DNA of 64,000 nucleotides. Origin: Polyangiaceae bacterium. GTDB taxonomy: Bacteria; Myxococcota_A; Polyangia; Polyangiales; Polyangiaceae. The stretch is from assembly GCA_044376115.1 (NCBI GenBank), contig JBILLK010000001.1:224001-288000 (forward strand), read 5' to 3'. Below, in pieces: positions 47,529 through 56,447 of this stretch. The notes under the pieces are model-generated. The model saw only the letters and a list, made by a program, of their open reading frames with translations. It did not search any database and was not told where the DNA came from. Made by a program: the position numbers and the translations under genes. Positions within the stretch are counted from its first letter, which is position 1, and every line of letters starts with the position of its first letter.

Positions 47529-49604
47529 GTGTCTCTTTTCCAACTCGTAAGTGATTTCTCGCCCAAAGGTGATCAGCCTCAAGCGATTGAGCAGATCTGC
47601 GAGGGGCTGAAGAGCCAGCGGGCGTTCCAAACGCTGCTGGGCGTCACCGGCAGCGGCAAGACTTTTACCGCAGCCAAGGTGATTGAGAACTACGGGCGCC
47701 CCACGCTAGTGATGGCGCCAAACAAGACGTTGGCGGCGCAGCTCTACGGCGAGTTCCGCGATCTGTTCCCGAACAACGCGGTCCACTTTTTCGTTAGCTA
47801 TTACGACTACTACCAGCCCGAAGCCTACGTCCCGACGACAGACACCTTCATCGAGAAGGACGCCATCATCAACGACGTGATCGACCGCATGCGCCATGCG
47901 GCGACCCACGCGTTGCTCTCGCGTGAGGACGTGATCATCGTGGCCTCGGTCAGCTGCATCTACGGCATCGGCAGCGCCGAATCGTACGCCGGCCTGCTGA
48001 TTGAGCTGGAGGCGGGCACCGAGTTCCGTCGGGACGAGCTGCTGCGGCGCCTGGTCGACATCCAATATGAACGCAACGACGTCGACTTCCACCGTGGCAC
48101 CTTCCGGGTGCGCGGCGACGTCGTCGAAATTTTCCCCGCCTACGAAGAGTCGTTGGCCATCCGCGTCGAGTACTTCGGCGACGAGATCGAAGCGCTGAAA
48201 GAAGTGGATCCACTGCGCGGTAAGGTGCTCGGCTCAATCAAGCGCACGGCGATCTTCCCCGGCTCCCACTACGTGACCGAGCAAGAGCAGATGCGGCGCG
48301 CGATCAAACAGATCCGCGAAGAGCTGCGTGAGCGCCTCGACGAGTACGACAGCAACGGCAGGTTCCTCGAGAAGCAGCGCCTCGAACAGCGAACCATGTA
48401 CGACCTCGAGATGATGGAGCAGATGGGCTTCTGCAACGGCATCGAGAACTACTCGCGCCATCTTTCAGGCCGAGTGAGCGGTGATCCGCCGCCAACGCTG
48501 ATCGACTACTTCCCCAAAGACTTTCTGCTGATCATCGACGAGTCACATCAGACCGTGCCGCAGGTCGGCGCCATGTTCCGCGGTGACCGCGCGCGCAAGG
48601 AGACGCTGGTTGCCCATGGCTTCCGTCTCCCCAGCGCACTCGACAATCGGCCACTGAAGTTCGAGGAGTTCGAGCAGCACTGTCGTCATGTGCTCTTCGT
48701 CAGCGCGACCCCGGGTGAATACGAGTTCGAGAAGAGCGAGGGCGTGGTGGTCGAGCAGATCATCCGGCCCACGGGCTTGATTGATCCGCCGATTGAGATC
48801 GTGCCCGTAGGCGGCCAGGTGGATGACCTGCTCGGTCGGGTACGAGAGCGCGTGAAGCTCGGTGACCGCGTGCTGGTAACCACGTTGACCAAGCGTATGG
48901 CGGAGGATCTCACCGAGTACTACACCGAGCTCGGTGTCCGCGTGCGCTACCTGCATAGCGACATCGACACGCTCGAGCGCGTCGAGATCTTGAGGGATCT
49001 GCGCCGCGGAGAGTTCGACGTGTTGGTGGGCATCAACCTACTACGTGAAGGCCTCGACCTGCCGGAGGTATCGCTGGTGGCCATCCTGGACGCCGACAAA
49101 GAGGGCTTCTTGCGTAGCCCACGCTCACTGATCCAGACCATCGGCCGCGCGGCCCGCAACCTCCGCGGGCAGGTGATCATGTACGCCGACCGCATCACCC
49201 CGGCGATGAAGCAAGCGATCGAGGAGACCGACCGTCGACGCAAGATTCAGCAGACCTACAACGTCGACCACAACATCACACCGGCGACCGTGACCAAGGC
49301 CATCCTGGACATGTCGCCGACCTCGGGAACGCGCGACTACGTGACCGTACCGAAGCTCAAGCTGGCCGGCCTGGAGGCTGAGTCTTCGGCGGATTTGCCC
49401 GAAGTAATCGAGGCTTTGCGGCAAGAAATGTTATCCGCGGCCGAGGCGCTCGACTTCGAACGAGCAGCGAAGATCCGCGATCAGCTCAAGAAGCTACGCG
49501 GCGAGGGTGATGGTGGGAAAGACCCCGCTCGTGTGGGAGACGTCTCCTCCAAGGCGCAAAAGCCCAAGACTCGACCAGGAACAAAGGGCCGTTCGCGCCG
49601 CTGA
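47529..49604 (+). CDS. uvrB: Excinuclease ABC subunit B
   Basis: [45 protein letters not shown] and C-terminal UVR domain. Confidence 0.98.
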   Translation: MSLFQLVSDFSPKGDQPQAIEQICEGLKSQRAFQTLLGVTGSGKTFTAAKVIENYGRPTLVMAPNKTLAAQLYGEFRDLFPNNAVHFFVSYYDYYQPEAYVPTTDTFIEKDAIINDVIDRMRHAATHALLSREDVIIVASVSCIYGIGSAESYAGLLIELEAGTEFRRDELLRRLVDIQYERNDVDFHRGTFRVRGDVVEIFPAYEESLAIRVEYFGDEIEALKEVDPLRGKVLGSIKRTAIFPGSHYVTEQEQMRRAIKQIREELRERLDEYDSNGRFLEKQRLEQRTMYDLEMMEQMGFCNGIENYSRHLSGRVSGDPPPTLIDYFPKDFLLIIDESHQTVPQVGAMFRGDRARKETLVAHGFRLPSALDNRPLKFEEFEQHCRHVLFVSATPGEYEFEKSEGVVVEQIIRPTGLIDPPIEIVPVGGQVDDLLGRVRERVKLGDRVLVTTLTKRMAEDLTEYYTELGVRVRYLHSDIDTLERVEILRDLRRGEFDVLVGINLLREGLDLPEVSLVAILDADKEGFLRSPRSLIQTIGRAARNLRGQVIMYADRITPAMKQAIEETDRRRKIQQTYNVDHNITPATVTKAILDMSPTSGTRDYVTVPKLKLAGLEAESSADLPEVIEALRQEMLSAAEALDFERAAKIRDQLKKLRGEGDGGKDPARVGDVSSKAQKPKTRPGTKGRSRR

Positions 49605-49646
49605 GTACGCCTGCAACCACCGTCGGTTGAGTGCTACCTTCGGGGG

Positions 49647-51350
49647 ATGCGCCTAGTTCCCCATCGTTGGGCTGCTCCACTTCTTCTCCTGTCTGCAACG
49701 TTGGCTACCGGCTGCGGCGATGATTCATCGTCCGGTGGCTCCAGCAGCGGCGGAGCACCAACTTCGGGTGGTGGAGGCGCGGGCGGCGACGGTGGCAGCG
49801 GCGGTAGTGGTGGAGCCGCCGTCGATCCAACGCAGGCTTGCGTCGATCTTGGTTTGCCATCGCTCGAATTCATCGCCGATGGCGCCGGCAATCTGCGCGG
49901 CGAGGTCGCCGGCGACTTCGAGCTCGCACTCGTAGACGGCACCACCTTCTCGCTGCAAGAGCGCTTCTCCGGCTGTGATTCGTACATCTTCTTGCCCGAT
50001 ACCTTGGTGGTGAGCGACTTGGACGAGAGCAGCCTTTGGGAGAAAGACCTCGATGATCTGATCGAGCTGTCGCCCAAGAACGTTCACTACTTCTTCGTCT
50101 CGCGGCGCACTGACGAGGCCGAGGCGACAGCTTCAACGACGGCGATGCAGAGTCGTATCGAAGCGGAGCTCGCGAAGCTACCCGTCGAGGATGCGGCGCA
50201 TTGGGCCGAGCGGCTGCACGTGGTGAAGGATCGCGCGGCTGTGATCGAGGGCTACGTTGGAGGTTTGCTCGACGGCATTGGGCGCATCGGCTTCGCCATC
50301 GATCGCGAGCAGAAGTTGCGCGGCGTAGGCTTCCTCGCGGACGTCAATCGCTACAGCAGCGCGCTCGCTCAACAGGAGCTTTGGCCTTGGCGGTCGAACC
50401 TCGCGTATGCCGCAAACGAGGCGCTCTACATGAATGGCCAAGCCGAGCTGAGCGCGCGTCTCGCGGCAGAGGATGCCGTCGTCTTGACTATCTGGGATGG
50501 CGAGACGCTCGAGGAGTTCGCCGAGATCGATGTGTCAATTCCTTCGGCCAGTGGGATGGACGCGTTCGATACGCTGGAGCTCGAGGTCGAGAGCCGCTGC
50601 CCACTCGAGGACCAACTCGAGTTCGGCAATTGCGGCGCGTGGGATTACATCGCTTCGTTCGCGTTGCTCGAGGGCGAAACGCGCCATGAGATCTCGCGCT
50701 TCATCACCAGCTACCACCGTGAGACCCGTTGGGTGGTGGACGCCTCGGCCTTGTTGCCGCTGCTGCAAGGCGATGGGGAGCGTCACTTCCGTTGGGATTT
50801 TGCGCCTTCCTGGAACACCCAGCCGACGCGCACCCGCTTCTCGTTGCGCTTCTCCAACCAAGGCAAGGAAGCGAAGCCAACCAGCGTCACTCCGCTATGG
50901 ACAGGCGCTCCCTTCAACTCGATGTACAACGCCACGCGTGAGCCTTTCACCACCACGATTCCCGCTGGCACGAAGAAAGTAGAGTTCTTCGCGATCGTGA
51001 CCGGGCACGGCGCAGCGACCAGCCAATGTGCTGAGTTCTGCAACCACCAACATCGGCTCACCGCCAACGGCACTGCCTTCGACAAGGAGTTCACCGAGGC
51101 CGGCACCGAGGAAGGCTGCATCGCCGAAACGCCAAACCTGATGGTGCCAAACCAAGCAGGCACCTGGTGGTTCGGGCGGGGCGGCTGGTGTCCCGGACAA
51201 CAGGTCAAACCGTGGGTGATCGACCTCACCGATGTTGCCGCGCCCGGCGAAGAACTGACCCTAACTTATGAGGGCCTGTTCGGCGGGATGACCCCGCCGG
51301 ATGACGCCGGAGACATCGTGCTCTCGTCGTACCTCGTCATGCACCAATAG
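49647..51350 (+). CDS. Peptide-N-glycosidase F-related lipoprotein
   Basis: Lipobox ATG-C; Gly-rich tether; CGAWDY, EISRFITSY, TGHG, AEFC and GTWWFGRGGWCPG motifs of the PNGase F-like fold. Confidence 0.82.
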   Translation: MRLVPHRWAAPLLLLSATLATGCGDDSSSGGSSSGGAPTSGGGGAGGDGGSGGSGGAAVDPTQACVDLGLPSLEFIADGAGNLRGEVAGDFELALVDGTTFSLQERFSGCDSYIFLPDTLVVSDLDESSLWEKDLDDLIELSPKNVHYFFVSRRTDEAEATASTTAMQSRIEAELAKLPVEDAAHWAERLHVVKDRAAVIEGYVGGLLDGIGRIGFAIDREQKLRGVGFLADVNRYSSALAQQELWPWRSNLAYAANEALYMNGQAELSARLAAEDAVVLTIWDGETLEEFAEIDVSIPSASGMDAFDTLELEVESRCPLEDQLEFGNCGAWDYIASFALLEGETRHEISRFITSYHRETRWVVDASALLPLLQGDGERHFRWDFAPSWNTQPTRTRFSLRFSNQGKEAKPTSVTPLWTGAPFNSMYNATREPFTTTIPAGTKKVEFFAIVTGHGAATSQCAEFCNHQHRLTANGTAFDKEFTEAGTEEGCIAETPNLMVPNQAGTWWFGRGGWCPGQQVKPWVIDLTDVAAPGEELTLTYEGLFGGMTPPDDAGDIVLSSYLVMHQ

Positions 51351-51356
51351 CGGTGC

Positions 51357-52373
51357 TCAAAGGCTCGGCACGCGCACCAAGACGTTGTCCCGCCCTTGCT
51401 CGACCTCGATCGTCTTGCCCGTCAACTGACGCAGCAGCTCGATCTGAGTTCGGGCGTGGAGCGAGAGCGGGCCGGTTCGAAAACACCCACCGCCCCCGAA
51501 GAGCATGGGGAGCAGCAGCTGATCGGCGAGGTGCTCGCCGACCGGTACCGTTGAATCGATGAAGGCCTGTGCCTCGCTGGCGAGGTTGGAAGCGACTTGC
51601 TCTGCTGAGATGCCACGCGCGCCGAACAAAGTAATGAGCTCGCTGGCGTGCTCGAACTGCAGCTGCGCCATAGCAACGTTTCCCGGCCCGGTCGCGGCCA
51701 CATGCTCAGCCTGGACGCGCACGTGATCCCAGAAGGACGCGTAAGCCTGCGCCTCGCGCTCGGCGATGCGAGCGTCCAGACCTGCAACAAGGAAGTGCCC
51801 GGCGTGCGCGAGCAACGTCCCACGCTCAAGCAGCTCGAGCGCGCCCAAGCCAGCACACGGCTCGATCAGCGCATGAAACTCACCTCCGCCACGCGGGTAC
51901 AGGCCGAACCGCTTGAAGCGCAGCTCGACCTTGGCGCCCAGCGCTCGCAAGCGCGGTACGAACACCTGTTCCAAGAAGTGAAACGGCGGTGCCATTGGGT
52001 TGTGGGTTCCACCGCGGAACACCAACGTCGACGGGCGCTTGGCGCGCAGCAGCAACGGTAACAGCACGGTCTGAAACACCAACGTCGAGCTGCCAGCCGT
52101 TTCAACGTCGAACACGTACTCACCGCCTTCCACCAGGCCCGGGGAGAACGTCACCTGCCGCGACCCGACGGAGTCCCCTTCGACACGAGCACAACCAACC
52201 GTTTGCGCGGCGCGCAGGGCTGTAAGGTGCTGACGCGCAAGCCCAGGCTTCGGCCGCCCGTGTCGCACCTTGACGATGCGAATCGCAACGCCGCTCAGCA
52301 AGCTCACCGAAAGCGAGGTGCGCAACACCTGACCGCCGCCTTCGCCCATTGAACCGTCGATCTCGAGAACCAT
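51357..52373 (-). CDS. rtcA: RNA 3'-terminal phosphate cyclase
   Basis: IDGSMGEGGGQVLRT, RPKPGLARQH, GGTHNPMAPP, YPRGGG and EHLADQ (catalytic His). Confidence 0.96.
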   Translation of the reverse strand: MVLEIDGSMGEGGGQVLRTSLSVSLLSGVAIRIVKVRHGRPKPGLARQHLTALRAAQTVGCARVEGDSVGSRQVTFSPGLVEGGEYVFDVETAGSSTLVFQTVLLPLLLRAKRPSTLVFRGGTHNPMAPPFHFLEQVFVPRLRALGAKVELRFKRFGLYPRGGGEFHALIEPCAGLGALELLERGTLLAHAGHFLVAGLDARIAEREAQAYASFWDHVRVQAEHVAATGPGNVAMAQLQFEHASELITLFGARGISAEQVASNLASEAQAFIDSTVPVGEHLADQLLLPMLFGGGGCFRTGPLSLHARTQIELLRQLTGKTIEVEQGRDNVLVRVPSL

Positions 52374-52509
52374 GCTTGCAACTACGCGCGAATCGCCGGG
52401 AGCTGACGCTGGTTATTCGCGTTGCCGAGCAAGAATCCGACGTGGTCTCCTGCGTATCATCTCGTCATACGGTCACTAAGACCGCCGTTGCTTGTTCCAG
52501 GAGGAATCT

Positions 52510-52941
52510 ATGCGTGCTTCGTTGGTTCTCGTTTCGCTCGTGCTCGCGATCTCATCGATGACTGGCTGCGTGGTCTACGCCAACGGCGGCGCTAGCGAGA
52601 CAGGTGACAAGGCCATGAGGGCCGAGGGCTGGACGAAGCTGGGTGAACGTTGGGTTCAGGGAAATACAGACAGGGACGTGATCGAGGTCGGTAAGGGCGA
52701 GGGCAGGTTCCGCCGGCTCATTCTTGTCGTCGAGCACAGCGCTCTCGAGATGTACAACATGGATGTGGAGTTCCTCGATGGCACCCACTTCTCCCCCGAG
52801 ACCCGCTTCAAGTTCGAGGAAGGCGTCAAGTCCCGGGAGATCGATCTTCCGGGTGATGCCCGCGGGATCAAGCGCATCAGCTTCAAGTACGGAAACGTTC
52901 CCGGCGGCGGCAAGTCGCAGATTGAGGTGTGGGGGCGCTAA
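52510..52941 (+). CDS. Small beta-sandwich lipoprotein (DUF2541/YaaI-like)
   Basis: GGAGG RBS; lipobox MTG-C; WTKLGER...DRDVI...SREIDLPG...IEVWGR. Confidence 0.75.
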   Translation: MRASLVLVSLVLAISSMTGCVVYANGGASETGDKAMRAEGWTKLGERWVQGNTDRDVIEVGKGEGRFRRLILVVEHSALEMYNMDVEFLDGTHFSPETRFKFEEGVKSREIDLPGDARGIKRISFKYGNVPGGGKSQIEVWGR

Positions 52942-53096
52942 AGCGGGCGCTGCAGCAAGAGCCGCCAGGCGATTAGCCCAATCAGGCCCAGCATAGCGAT
53001 GACGACCAGCACCTCCACGGTGTTGGTCCCGTAGCGCAGCCTGCGGCGAACGCCACGCTTGGCCGGGCTAGGGCAGCCTCGTGCTCGACGGTTCAT
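52938..53096 (-). CDS. Putative 52-aa prepilin-like small protein
   Basis: Basic leader ending RRRLRYG, then TNTVE and a hydrophobic helix (class III signal pattern G|xxxxE); exactly fills an intergenic gap. Confidence 0.45.
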   Translation of the reverse strand: MNRRARGCPSPAKRGVRRRLRYGTNTVEVLVVIAMLGLIGLIAWRLLLQRPL

Positions 53097-53110
53097 GCTA
53101 CTTTCGGCTG

Positions 53111-53671
53111 ATGCAGACCAGCAGCCTCCTTGTCGCGATGTTGTTCGCCAGCGGAAGTTGCCTTTGGGCTCCGCTGGCCGAGGCACAAACGATTGAAACG
53201 CCCAACGGTCACCCGGACTACCGTGTCGAGCTTGAGCCGCACGCAACCGTCGCGGTATTTCGAAATGGGCTCATCGGATTCGAAGGCAGAGGCCGTGAAT
53301 CATACTTCGGGACGCCAGGGTTCGGCGGAGGCTTTCGAGCGTCGATCGAGCTAGCCGACCCTGCCTTCATTTCAAAGCTCAACAACACGGTGGGCATCAC
53401 CTTCGGCATCGATGTGACGTCGTGCGAGGTCTGTTCGAACGACGCGGTCTTGTACTTCCCAGTGGCCGTGCAGTGGAACTTCTTCTTTTCCAAGGAGTGG
53501 GGGGCTTTCGGTGAGCTTGGACCAATGATTCGTGCGGACTTGGGCGACGAGGTTCTGCCGGATTTGTACGCTCAGGTTGGCGGGAGGTACCTGTTCAGCG
53601 ATGAGGTAGGGCTAACCTTGCGGATTGGCTACCCGTTCGTGACGTTTGGGGTGAGCTTTTTCGCGGGCTAA
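53111..53671 (+). CDS. Putative small outer-membrane beta-barrel protein
   Basis: Signal peptide (AEA|Q), alternating amphipathic beta-strands, terminal TFGVSFF. Confidence 0.72.
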   Translation: MQTSSLLVAMLFASGSCLWAPLAEAQTIETPNGHPDYRVELEPHATVAVFRNGLIGFEGRGRESYFGTPGFGGGFRASIELADPAFISKLNNTVGITFGIDVTSCEVCSNDAVLYFPVAVQWNFFFSKEWGAFGELGPMIRADLGDEVLPDLYAQVGGRYLFSDEVGLTLRIGYPFVTFGVSFFAG

Positions 53672-53738
53672 CCACGCGCGGCCACCAAAGGTTCTTTAAC
53701 GAGGCATGGGCGCTGCTTGGCGCTAAGCTTGTCCTCGA

Positions 53739-54839
53739 ATGACTTGGTTGGTCGCGATTCTGGGGCTTGGCCTGTTGATGATCGTCCACGAAGCTGGGCA
53801 CTTCTTTGCCGCGCGAGCGTTTGGTTTGCGCGTCTTGAAGTTCTCGGTTGGGTTCGGTCCTACCTTCTTCAAGGTCGAGCCGGAGGACGGTCACTACTAC
53901 CTGAATACGGTGGGTGGTCGCATCAAGGTCAAACTGTGGAAGCACAACCCTGAGAAGCACGGTCCAACAGTCTTTCAGGTGGCGATGATCCCGTTCTTCG
54001 CCTTCGTTCAGATCGACGGGATGAACCCACTCGAGGAGAGCGCGCCGGACGACAAAGGCTCCTATGCGAACGCCTCGCTGCTGGCTCGGGTCAGTACGAT
54101 CATCGCGGGTCCCTTGGCCAACTACGTCTCGGCGTCGTTGTTTTTCTTTTTGCCGGCCTACTTTGCCGGAATGCCTCCGGGCCCCGAGGATCGCTTCGTT
54201 CGGCCCATCCCGGACAGGCCTGCCATCGCCGCCGGCTTCCAAGAAGGTGATGAGATCGTGGAGGTCAACGGCACCCGCGTGAAAACCTGGGCGCAGATGA
54301 GCGAACACATCTCCTCGGCAAAGGAGGAGATCCCGATCGTCGTTAAGCGCAACCAGGAGGAGTTGACCTTGCGCGTGAAACCAACGGTCGTTGAAGACGG
54401 TCGTTCCATCATTGGCGTCGCGCCCTTGCCGCGCAAAGCGGACTTTAGTTCGGCTGGTAAGCACGCCATCGTGGCGCCCACACGGGCTGTCCGCGAGCAG
54501 CTCTCTTCGCTGGGCAAGCTCTTCACCGATAGCGACCAAGTCAAGCTCGGCGGTCCCAAAGCGATGGTCGAGACGATGAACGAGGCTGCCAAGCACGGCT
54601 GGGCCGACTTCGTGACGTTCCTCGGCCTGCTCTCCACCATGCTGGCGGTGTTCAACCTGCTGCCGGTCCCAGCGCTCGACGGCGGCCGACTGATGTTCCT
54701 CAGCTATGAAGCGGCCACCCGCAAGCGGGCGAATCCGACGGTTGAGATGCAGATCCACGCGCTTGGCTTCGTCGTTCTGTTCGCGGTGATGATCTACGTC
54801 ACGCTGGCCAACGATTTCAACCTGGGCGGCTCGAAGTAG
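53739..54839 (+). CDS. rseP: Site-2 (M50) intramembrane zinc metalloprotease with PDZ domain
   Basis: HEAGH, FSVGFGP, AGPLAN, a single PDZ domain and FNLLPVPALDGG. Confidence 0.93.
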   Translation: MTWLVAILGLGLLMIVHEAGHFFAARAFGLRVLKFSVGFGPTFFKVEPEDGHYYLNTVGGRIKVKLWKHNPEKHGPTVFQVAMIPFFAFVQIDGMNPLEESAPDDKGSYANASLLARVSTIIAGPLANYVSASLFFFLPAYFAGMPPGPEDRFVRPIPDRPAIAAGFQEGDEIVEVNGTRVKTWAQMSEHISSAKEEIPIVVKRNQEELTLRVKPTVVEDGRSIIGVAPLPRKADFSSAGKHAIVAPTRAVREQLSSLGKLFTDSDQVKLGGPKAMVETMNEAAKHGWADFVTFLGLLSTMLAVFNLLPVPALDGGRLMFLSYEAATRKRANPTVEMQIHALGFVVLFAVMIYVTLANDFNLGGSK

Positions 54840-54842
54840 CGC

Positions 54843-55706
54843 GTGGACGGAGAGGCTCCGTCTGCTCCGTCGGTGATCGAGGCCGACGCCGCTATCGAAG
54901 CGCCCTTTGATCCGGGCGCTCCTGCAACGTTACCTCCCCTCGCGCACCGCTCGGTGTTGCTCGACCTCGACTACACGGGCGCGGGCATCGCGGAAGACAA
55001 TGGGTCAACCTTCGCGATTCTGGCGCGAGTCGGAGGTGAGGTGCCGATTTACGAGGACCGCTGGCACGCCGGCTTCGCGTGGGACTTCGTATCTGCGGCG
55101 ACAGCGGGTGAGGGCCGCGCGTTGGTGTACGGCAATCCGGAGGTTTGGCTGCGTGGGGTGAACCTGCATGAGAGCGGCCTTGGCGCGGGCGGTGGGCTCG
55201 GCGTGGTCGTGCCGTTACCGCGCCAGAGTTCCTCGCGCGAGCTCGGCGTAGTCGACAACATCCGTGTGCTACGGCCCTGGGACACCGGCACTTGGAAGAG
55301 TGAGATGCTCACCTTTCGACCGTCCTTCGATCTGCGATACCTGTTCAACCCCTTCAACTTCCAAGTCCGCCAAGGGCTTGATTGGTCCTACGACTTCGAT
55401 GCAGCCCGTTCTGACCTCGTGGCTCGGATTGGAACCTACGCCGGGGTGGACTTGGTCAAGTCGATCACCGCGGGCGTCGAGCTCTGGCAGACGTACTCCA
55501 TCACCGCGGACGTCGAGGACAACCAACGTGCTGCCTTTACGCTTTCCCCGTTGATTCGCTTTCGCGTCGATCCAATCGAGCCGGGCTTGTCGTTGCTGGT
55601 TCCACTTTCAACGCCGCTCGAGGGCATCGCAACAGGGTATTTCGCGGTCCGCATTCACGTGCGTATGGCGCTTGGGAAGACGACAGCCGTAACCTACGAA
55701 CCGTGA
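54843..55706 (+). CDS. Hypothetical protein, beta-barrel-like
   Basis: 287 aa of amphipathic beta-strands; tightly packed between rseP and the next gene; no clear signal peptide. Confidence 0.65.
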   Translation: MDGEAPSAPSVIEADAAIEAPFDPGAPATLPPLAHRSVLLDLDYTGAGIAEDNGSTFAILARVGGEVPIYEDRWHAGFAWDFVSAATAGEGRALVYGNPEVWLRGVNLHESGLGAGGGLGVVVPLPRQSSSRELGVVDNIRVLRPWDTGTWKSEMLTFRPSFDLRYLFNPFNFQVRQGLDWSYDFDAARSDLVARIGTYAGVDLVKSITAGVELWQTYSITADVEDNQRAAFTLSPLIRFRVDPIEPGLSLLVPLSTPLEGIATGYFAVRIHVRMALGKTTAVTYEP

Positions 55707-56437
55707 AGAGTCCGTGGCAGTCACGAGCGATGCTGACGCTGATGGTTGGCGCATTTCTCAGCGGCGCCGCAGGGTGCTCAACCACCAAAGTCAGTTTGCG
55801 AGAAGGTCCGCGTGAGTACGTGGCCACCGACTATGAGGACGTACTCGAAAATTGGACGCGCTCGAGTGACCTCATCACCCTGCGCGATCTCGACAACTTG
55901 CTCAAACCGACTGCAACCTTCGAGTCGTGGGACTTTCGCTGGTCGTACGTCATTCGCTACGTGGACGACTATCGTGTGACCGTAGATCAGCGGAAGAAGC
56001 TGCTCGACTCGACGCTCGCCGAGACGAAAGACGCGCATCACTTCTTCGTGGCGATCACCGGGGGGGAGCGTCGTCAGAACGATCTGACCAAACCCGATAG
56101 CGCTTGGATTGTCCGGCTGATCGACAGCACCGGGAATGAGGTCGCGCCCAACGACATCAAGATCATCAAGCGACCGAACGCTATTGAGCGCACGTACTAC
56201 CCGTACATCACCGTGTTTCATCAGGTCTTTCGCATCCGCTTTCCACGCGCCAACGTGGACGGAAAGCCTTCGATCGCGCCCAACGCCGAGTGGTTTGGTC
56301 TGCGTTTTGCCGGCGCCCAAGGCTCAACCGAGCTTGTCTGGGACATGGACCTGGACGAGCCGCGAACGGAGGCTCCGGCTCAGCCCAGCCCCGCTCAAGG
56401 CGCGAGCCCCGACGCCTCCGCTTCACCGCCGCCTTAG
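55703..56437 (+). CDS. Hypothetical lipoprotein
   Basis: Lipobox AAG-C; GTGA overlap with the upstream stop. Confidence 0.78.
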   Translation: MKSPWQSRAMLTLMVGAFLSGAAGCSTTKVSLREGPREYVATDYEDVLENWTRSSDLITLRDLDNLLKPTATFESWDFRWSYVIRYVDDYRVTVDQRKKLLDSTLAETKDAHHFFVAITGGERRQNDLTKPDSAWIVRLIDSTGNEVAPNDIKIIKRPNAIERTYYPYITVFHQVFRIRFPRANVDGKPSIAPNAEWFGLRFAGAQGSTELVWDMDLDEPRTEAPAQPSPAQGASPDASASPPP

Positions 56438-56447
56438 CAGCGTCGCT

